Source of the DNA: Chloroflexota bacterium
Lineage (GTDB): Bacteria; Chloroflexota; UBA11872; VXOZ01
Assembly: GCA_958295775.1 (NCBI GenBank)
Contig: CATQHC010000002.1
Location: 198,915 to 262,914, forward strand
Direction: 5' to 3'
Length of the DNA stretch: 64,000 nt
The notes under the pieces are model-generated. The model worked only from the letters and a program-made list of their open reading frames with translations, was not told where the DNA came from and ran no database searches. Positions 59,153 to 64,000 of this stretch are shown piece after piece. A program made the position numbers and the translations under genes. Numbering within the stretch: position 1 is the stretch's first letter; the number at the start of each line of letters is the position of its first letter.

Positions 59153-59554
59153 TTACCAAACGTAACAGAGAACTTCCCCGCCGATTTTGCGCTGCCAGGC
59201 CTCGCGGCCGGTCATGACACCGGTGGAAGTTGAGAGAATGACAGTACCAATGCCCCCCATGACGCGGGGGATTTCATCCTTGCCCGCGTAGACCCGCAAA
59301 CCGGGCTTGCTTACGCGGCGCAAACCAAGCAACACAGGTGTTCGTTCATCCGTGTACTTGAGACTGACTTTCAGCATTGCTTGTGGATTCTGCTGTTCTA
59401 CGACCTCAACACCACCGACGTACCCTTCCTTCTCGAGAATTGAGAGGATTGCAGTCTTTATCTTTGAGGCCGGTATCGTCACGTGCGTATGGCGCGCCTG
59501 TGTCGCGTTGCGGATCCGTGTCAACATATCGGCAATAGGATCGGTCATGGTCAT
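59153..59554 (-). CDS. rpsH: 30S ribosomal protein S8
   Basis: TDPIADMLTRIRNA. Confidence 0.95.
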   Translation of the reverse strand: MTMTDPIADMLTRIRNATQARHTHVTIPASKIKTAILSILEKEGYVGGVEVVEQQNPQAMLKVSLKYTDERTPVLLGLRRVSKPGLRVYAGKDEIPRVMGGIGTVILSTSTGVMTGREAWQRKIGGEVLCYVW

Positions 59555-59578
59555 GGTCAGATATCTTTCGCCTGTGTA

Positions 59579-59788
59579 TTACCAGCTAGACTTCGTGACA
59601 CCAGGCAGCAAGCCTTGCAAGGCAGCCCCGCGGAAACAGATGCGACAGAGCCCGAACTTGCGCATGAACGCACGGGGGCGGCCGCACTGGTAGCAGCGGT
59701 TGCGAAACTGCACCGGATGCTTCATGCGGCCTTGTTCTAGTAAGGTTCGCTGTTTTCGCCACTTGGCAATCTTGGACTGCTTTGCCAC
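59579..59788 (-). CDS. rpsZ: 30S ribosomal protein S14, zinc-binding type Z
   Basis: [22 protein letters not shown]. Confidence 0.9.
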   Translation of the reverse strand: MAKQSKIAKWRKQRTLLEQGRMKHPVQFRNRCYQCGRPRAFMRKFGLCRICFRGAALQGLLPGVTKSSW

Positions 59789-59801
59789 GGAATTGCGTCT
59801 C

Positions 59802-60374
59802 CTAGCTTGCTAATTGTGAGGCTTCCTGGGCCAGCGGCATGCCGAGCGCCCTAAGCAGGAAGCGTGCTTCTTCGTCGGTCCGCGCCGAGGTCACGATGGT
59901 TACCTCCAGCCCGCGGACGCGATCCACCTTGTCGTAGTCAATTTCGGGAAACACGAGCTGCTCGCGCAACCCAACTGAGTAATTGCCCCGTCCATCGAAG
60001 GCATTTGGCGATATGCCGCGAAAGTCGCGGATGCGCGGAAAGACAACGTTGAAGAGCTTTTCAAGAAAGTAGTACATGCGAGTGCGGCGCAACGTTACTT
60101 TCGCGCCGATTGCCTGGTCTTCGCGAAGCTTGAAGTTGGCGACGCTCTTTTTCGATCGCGTCACAATCGGCTTCTGCCCTGAGATCACTGTGAGATCGCC
60201 AACGGCATTATCAAGCGCACGGGCGTCTTGCAACGCTTCGCCAAGACCGATATTGATTACGACTTTGGTAATCTTTGGGACCTGCATAACGCTCGCGTAG
60301 TCAAATTCCTTGACCATGGCAGGCAGCACTTCATCCTCATACAGTTGCTGCATGTGCGGTTTTGCCGACATCAA
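59802..60374 (-). CDS. rplE: 50S ribosomal protein L5
   Basis: canonical L5 blocks; position between rpsZ and rplX. Confidence 0.95.
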   Translation of the reverse strand: MMSAKPHMQQLYEDEVLPAMVKEFDYASVMQVPKITKVVINIGLGEALQDARALDNAVGDLTVISGQKPIVTRSKKSVANFKLREDQAIGAKVTLRRTRMYYFLEKLFNVVFPRIRDFRGISPNAFDGRGNYSVGLREQLVFPEIDYDKVDRVRGLEVTIVTSARTDEEARFLLRALGMPLAQEASQLAS

Positions 60375-60383
60375 AAAAAATCC

Positions 60384-60704
60384 TTATTCTTGGCCGATGA
60401 CTTCCTGGCAACTCTTGCACACGCGTCCCTTGCTCCCATCGTCCAGGATGCGATAGCCAACGCGGGTTGCGAGGTCACAATGCGGACACACAATCTTTAT
60501 GTTCGACTCTGCCAGCGGCGCCGGCATCTCGATGATGCCACCAGGCTGGAGCGGCGGCATTGGCCGCTGGTGCCGCTTGACAATGTTGATACCATCCACG
60601 ACAATTTTATGATCGGCATTGACCACGCGCAATACGCGACCGCGTTTCCCACGGTCTTTGCCGGTAGTTACTTCAATTTGATCGCCCGATTGAATGCGCT
60701 GCAT
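60384..60704 (-). CDS. rplX: 50S ribosomal protein L24 with C-terminal CxxC…CxxC extension
   Basis: KDRGKRGRVLRV…; tail CPHCDLATRVGYRILDDGSKGRVCKSC. Confidence 0.9.
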   Translation of the reverse strand: MQRIQSGDQIEVTTGKDRGKRGRVLRVVNADHKIVVDGINIVKRHQRPMPPLQPGGIIEMPAPLAESNIKIVCPHCDLATRVGYRILDDGSKGRVCKSCQEVIGQE

Positions 60705-60707
60705 TGC

Positions 60708-61076
60708 TTAGAGTACCTCCGGGGCTTGGGAGATAATGCGCATGAAGCCCAACTCACGCAGTTCTCTAGCGACGGGACCGAAAATCCGCGTACCCCGGGG
60801 CATATTCTGCGGACCCAAAAGTACGGCAGCGTTATCGTCAAAGCGTATGCTCGAGCCATCCGTCCGTCGATACTCTTTGGCCGTGCGTACGATGAGGGCT
60901 CGCACAACTTCGCCCTCGCGCACCTGGCCGAGGGGTACCGCCTCCTTCACGGAAGCCACCACGACGCTTCCGATACCTCCGTACTTGGGGTGCGACCCTC
61001 CCAACACGCGAATGCACATGATTTCACGCGCACCGGAGTTGTCGGCAACCTTTAATCGAGTTGTTTCTCGGATCAT
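60708..61076 (-). CDS. rplN: 50S ribosomal protein L14
   Basis: [19 protein letters not shown]. Confidence 0.95.
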   Translation of the reverse strand: MIRETTRLKVADNSGAREIMCIRVLGGSHPKYGGIGSVVVASVKEAVPLGQVREGEVVRALIVRTAKEYRRTDGSSIRFDDNAAVLLGPQNMPRGTRIFGPVARELRELGFMRIISQAPEVL

Positions 61077-61396
61077 TCGGTAGCCTCTAAGGGTGCCTCA
61101 ATGAGTGCTGAGGACACTTGCGGCACTTGCTCACCCCGTTCCAGCACCTGCACAACCCGCCAGTTCTTTTGCTTGGAGAGGGGACGAGTTTCCTCTATGA
61201 GCACACGATCACCCGTGCGCACATCATTGTTCGGACTATGCGCAAGGTATTTCTTGGTGCTGCGGACAGTCTTCTTGTACAAGGGATGTCTGCGCACGCG
61301 CATCACGGCCACAACGACAGACTTATCCATCTTGTCGCTGACTACGGTCCCTTTTCTCTGTTTGCGGCGGCCGGTTGCTTTTGCTGCTTCTGTCAT
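61073..61396 (-). CDS. rpsQ: 30S ribosomal protein S17
   Basis: [18 protein letters not shown]. Confidence 0.9.
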   Translation of the reverse strand: MTEAAKATGRRKQRKGTVVSDKMDKSVVVAVMRVRRHPLYKKTVRSTKKYLAHSPNNDVRTGDRVLIEETRPLSKQKNWRVVQVLERGEQVPQVSSALIEAPLEATE

Positions 61397-61417
61397 TAGA
61401 TAGTTCTCTGTTCTCGC

Positions 61418-61627
61418 TTAGCTGCTTATGCCAAGAGCTCTTTCATGCAGAATTGTCTTGATGCGCGCAATCTCACTGTAGAGAATGCCGAATCGGGCGG
61501 GATTCTCCATTTGCACAGTTGCCTGCTGCGAGCGCAGGCTGAACAGTTCCGACTCTGCCTCAGTCAGCCGCTCCTGCAAGTCTTCCGTGCTTTGCCCGCG
61601 CAATTCCGCTGGTTTGGTCATTGCCAA
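61418..61627 (-). CDS. rpmC: 50S ribosomal protein L29
   Basis: ELRGQSTEDLQERLTEAESELFSLRSQ. Confidence 0.9.
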   Translation of the reverse strand: MAMTKPAELRGQSTEDLQERLTEAESELFSLRSQQATVQMENPARFGILYSEIARIKTILHERALGISS

Positions 61628-61646
61628 CTTTCCTGATGCTAGGTCT

Positions 61647-62069
61647 CTAGATGATTTCCGGCGTTTCCCGGGAAATAAACCGTGTTTTCACCGACAGCTT
61701 GTGACTGGCACGCAACATCGCTTCCTGTGCGATCTCTTCCGGAACGCCGGTGAGTTCGAATAGTATACGACCGGGCTTAACAATGGCTACCCACTCTTCC
61801 GGGGGGCCTTTGCCGCCGCCCATCCGTACCTCGACCGGTTTCTTACTCAAGCCTTTGTCCGGGAACACGCGTATCCACATTTGACCGCCACGGCGAATGT
61901 GGTGGGTGACCGCACGCCGCGCTGCCTCGATCTGCCGGTTGTCCACCCATCCACCTTCAAGCGCCTGGAGTGCGAAGTCCCCAAAGGCGATGGTAGAACC
62001 GCGATAGGCTTTGCCGCGGCGATGGCCGCGATGCATCTTGCGGTGCTTTGTGCGTCTTGGCATCAACAT
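61647..62069 (-). CDS. rplP: 50S ribosomal protein L16
   Basis: [21 protein letters not shown]. Confidence 0.95.
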   Translation of the reverse strand: MLMPRRTKHRKMHRGHRRGKAYRGSTIAFGDFALQALEGGWVDNRQIEAARRAVTHHIRRGGQMWIRVFPDKGLSKKPVEVRMGGGKGPPEEWVAIVKPGRILFELTGVPEEIAQEAMLRASHKLSVKTRFISRETPEII

Positions 62070-62077
62070 GGGTGAAC

Positions 62078-62929
62078 TTACTCGCTTGCCGAACCGGCAC
62101 TTGCGGCCCCACTGCCTGGGGCAGACTGTTGACCACTACTACGACCACGACTTCCTTCTGAGGCGCGTTCCGAAACGCGCCGTGGGCGTCGGCGTCGGCG
62201 TCGCGGCGGCGGCGCCGGTGCATCGTCCGGGGTTGCGGCTTCTTGCCGTGCATAGAATTCTTCTGGGGTTACCTCGCCCGTATAGATCCAAACCTTTACG
62301 CCCAAAACCCCGTAGGTCGTCTTTGCTTGCGTAAAGCCATAGTCGATATTCGCCCGCAGTGTTTGCAGCGGCACCGTACCTCGGATTTCCTTTTCACTCC
62401 GCGACATTTCCGCCCCGCCGAGACGTCCGCCTACCATGAGCTTTATGCCAATTGCGCCTGAGCGCACAACACGGTCCGCTGCCATCTTTATGGCTCTGCG
62501 CGGGGATACACGGCGCTCCAACTGTTCGGCGACTGCCTGGGAGACCAGGAAGGCATTTATTTCCGGCTGCTTGATCTCGATAATGTTGGTGCGCACGTTC
62601 TTGCCGGTGAGATCGCGCAGGTCTTTGCGCAACTGCGCTTGCGCTGCACCGCCGCGGCCAATGACAATTCCGGGACGGGCCGTATGGATGTCCACCTTTA
62701 TGGTCGTACCGGCGCGTTCGATGTCGACCCGGGAGATACCGGCGCCCATGCTCGACCGCCTGCCGAAGGTTGGGCCAGTACGAGCGTGTTCGAACTGCGC
62801 AAGGACCATCTTGCGAATCTTGCTATCCTCTTCAACGAGCGTCGCGTACTCTTTGCCGGCATACCACCGGCTGCTCCACGTTCGATTGAAGCCCAAGCGG
62901 AAGCCGATCGGGTGAACTTTACGCCCCAC
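62078..62929 (-). CDS. rpsC: 30S ribosomal protein S3 (Arg/Pro-rich C-terminal tail)
   Basis: [24 protein letters not shown]; KH-domain region. Confidence 0.95.
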   Translation of the reverse strand: MGRKVHPIGFRLGFNRTWSSRWYAGKEYATLVEEDSKIRKMVLAQFEHARTGPTFGRRSSMGAGISRVDIERAGTTIKVDIHTARPGIVIGRGGAAQAQLRKDLRDLTGKNVRTNIIEIKQPEINAFLVSQAVAEQLERRVSPRRAIKMAADRVVRSGAIGIKLMVGGRLGGAEMSRSEKEIRGTVPLQTLRANIDYGFTQAKTTYGVLGVKVWIYTGEVTPEEFYARQEAATPDDAPAPPPRRRRRRPRRVSERASEGSRGRSSGQQSAPGSGAASAGSASE

Positions 62930-63290
62930 TGCTCAGGTTCTCCTCGTTTTCAACATTGACGCTGTCTTCGACAATTACGGTTACATGGCTGGTTCGCTTC
63001 TTGCGCAGACCCCATTGACCACGCGATTTCGGATCTATGCGTTTGAACGCGGGACCTCTATCCACGAGCACATTCCTTACCGTCAACTCAGCGGGATCTA
63101 AGTTGTAGGTATTCTCCGCATTTGCCATTGCGGAGCGCACCACCTTCGCGAGTGTACGCGCGGTCGGACTTGGCAGGAAGCGCAGTATCGCCAGTGCTTC
63201 CCCAGCCGACCTTCCGGTCACTGTTGCCGCGACACGGCGAGCCTTGCGCGGTGACACACGCAGAAACTTTGCTGTGGCATGTACTTGCAT
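62919..63290 (-). CDS. rplV: 50S ribosomal protein L22
   Basis: [15 protein letters not shown]. Confidence 0.95.
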   Translation of the reverse strand: MQVHATAKFLRVSPRKARRVAATVTGRSAGEALAILRFLPSPTARTLAKVVRSAMANAENTYNLDPAELTVRNVLVDRGPAFKRIDPKSRGQWGLRKKRTSHVTVIVEDSVNVENEENLSSGA

Positions 63291-63308
63291 ACGGGCTGTC
63301 CTCAGTTC

Positions 63309-63590
63309 CTAGCGTACTTGGGTGGCGCGATCTTCGCGCGAATGGCCGCGAAATTGCCGCGTTGGCGCAAATTCACCCAACTTATGCCCGACCATATTCT
63401 CAGTGACATATACCGGCACATGCCGCCTGCCATCGTGCACGGCTATGGTATGCCCGACCATATCCGGAAATATGGTGGAGGCGCGCGACCACGTACGCAA
63501 TACGCGCTTCTGCCCGGTGTCATTCATATCCTGAATGCGCTTCAGCAGCTTCTGATCGACGAATGGCCCTTTTTTCAGTGACCGCGACAT
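63309..63590 (-). CDS. rpsS: 30S ribosomal protein S19
   Basis: [19 protein letters not shown]. Confidence 0.95.
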   Translation of the reverse strand: MSRSLKKGPFVDQKLLKRIQDMNDTGQKRVLRTWSRASTIFPDMVGHTIAVHDGRRHVPVYVTENMVGHKLGEFAPTRQFRGHSREDRATQVR

Positions 63591-63605
63591 ACTTTGAATT
63601 TCTCC

Positions 63606-64000
63606 CTAGCGCGCATACCTGCGTCGTAAGATAAACTTGTCCGATGGCTTTCGCTTGCGCGTGCGCAAACCAAGGGCGGGCTTGCCCCAAGGCGTTTTCG
63701 GTCCCGGCATGCCGATGGGTGATTTGCCCTCGCCGCCGCCATGCGGATGGTCCCGTGGGTTCATGGCTGAGCCACGCACCGTGGGCCGCTGTCCCCGCCA
63801 TCTGGCTCGCCCCGCTTTACCGGTGTCGGTGCCGCTATGATCGACATTGCTCGCCTGGCCGACGGTGGCCATGCACCCCAAGTGCACACGCCGGATCTCG
63901 CCGGACGGCAATCTGATAACGGCGAACTCACTCTCTTTCGTCATGAGCTGCACGGACGATCCCGCGCTGCGTGCGAGTTGCCCGCCGCGCCCCACCTGCA
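63606..64000 (-). CDS. rplB: 50S ribosomal protein L2 (3' part; 5' end beyond window)
   Basis: [34 protein letters not shown]. Confidence 0.9.
   Translation of the reverse strand, partial: QVGRGGQLARSAGSSVQLMTKESEFAVIRLPSGEIRRVHLGCMATVGQASNVDHSGTDTGKAGRARWRGQRPTVRGSAMNPRDHPHGGGEGKSPIGMPGPKTPWGKPALGLRTRKRKPSDKFILRRRYAR

Noticed and set aside
62190-62221. Tandem hexamer repeats (GGCGTC)3 (GCGGCG)2
   Set aside because: They lie inside the rpsC coding sequence and encode the poly-Arg tail; this is a coding low-complexity tract, not a regulatory or CRISPR-like repeat

Overview
High-GC bacterial chromosomal window containing housekeeping loci on either side of an accessory region. The phylum is not determinable from sequence alone.

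Right third of the window (~49-64 kb, minus strand): a contiguous S10/spc/alpha ribosomal-protein run. It reads rplB (partial), rpsS, rplV, rpsC, rplP, rpmC, rpsQ, rplN, rplX, rplE, rpsZ, rpsH, rplF, rplR, rpsE, rpmD, rplO, secY, adk, map, infA, rpmJ, rpsM, rpsK, rpsD, rpoA, rplQ, then truA, rplM, rpsI.

~42.5-46.4 kb (minus strand): an rpsP-khpA-rimM-trmD-rplS-rnhB-yraN operon. It continues without a break into four non-ribosomal genes: a DUF4432/mutarotase-like protein, an archaemetzincin-like protein with HNxxH in place of HExxH, an ADP-ribosylglycohydrolase, and sfsA.

~33.4-36.6 kb (minus strand): an unlinked 16S rRNA gene. An intrinsic terminator follows about 120 nt downstream, and there is no 23S or 5S. 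Further downstream on the same strand are a hypothetical CDS, an RNase P RNA (rnpB, which the ORF track does not show) and a tRNA with a CAT anticodon.

Most notable locus, ~13-25.6 kb (minus strand): a 3248-aa type I PKS with the domain order KS-AT-DH-cMT-ER-KR-ACP. A second KS follows it, and then a visibly decayed AT: a frameshifting deletion removes the GQGSQW motif, the active-site GHSLG has become GSKRG, and about 110 residues are deleted internally. Downstream on the same strand lie a discrete ACP, an Sfp-type PPTase and an alpha/beta-hydrolase. The layout is reminiscent of the methyl-branched fatty-acid (Sup-like) PKS clusters described from sponge symbionts.

Other content:
- A phosphosulfolactate synthase (ComA-type) gene next to an epimerase/dehydratase, a DegT aminotransferase and a SAM methyltransferase (a sugar-tailoring trio).
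- Two tandem paralogous neutral-ceramidase N-domain proteins.
- A beta-CASP MBL-fold nuclease.
- A PhyH-family dioxygenase.
- An NCS2 permease with a C-terminal extension.
- A Tat-dependent sulfite-oxidase-family molybdoenzyme co-operonic with an ABC-2 exporter.
- A nucleoside 2-deoxyribosyltransferase-like protein.
- UDP-glucuronate decarboxylase, an FAH-family hydrolase, and ScpA/ScpB.

No CRISPR arrays, transposases or phage genes were recognised.
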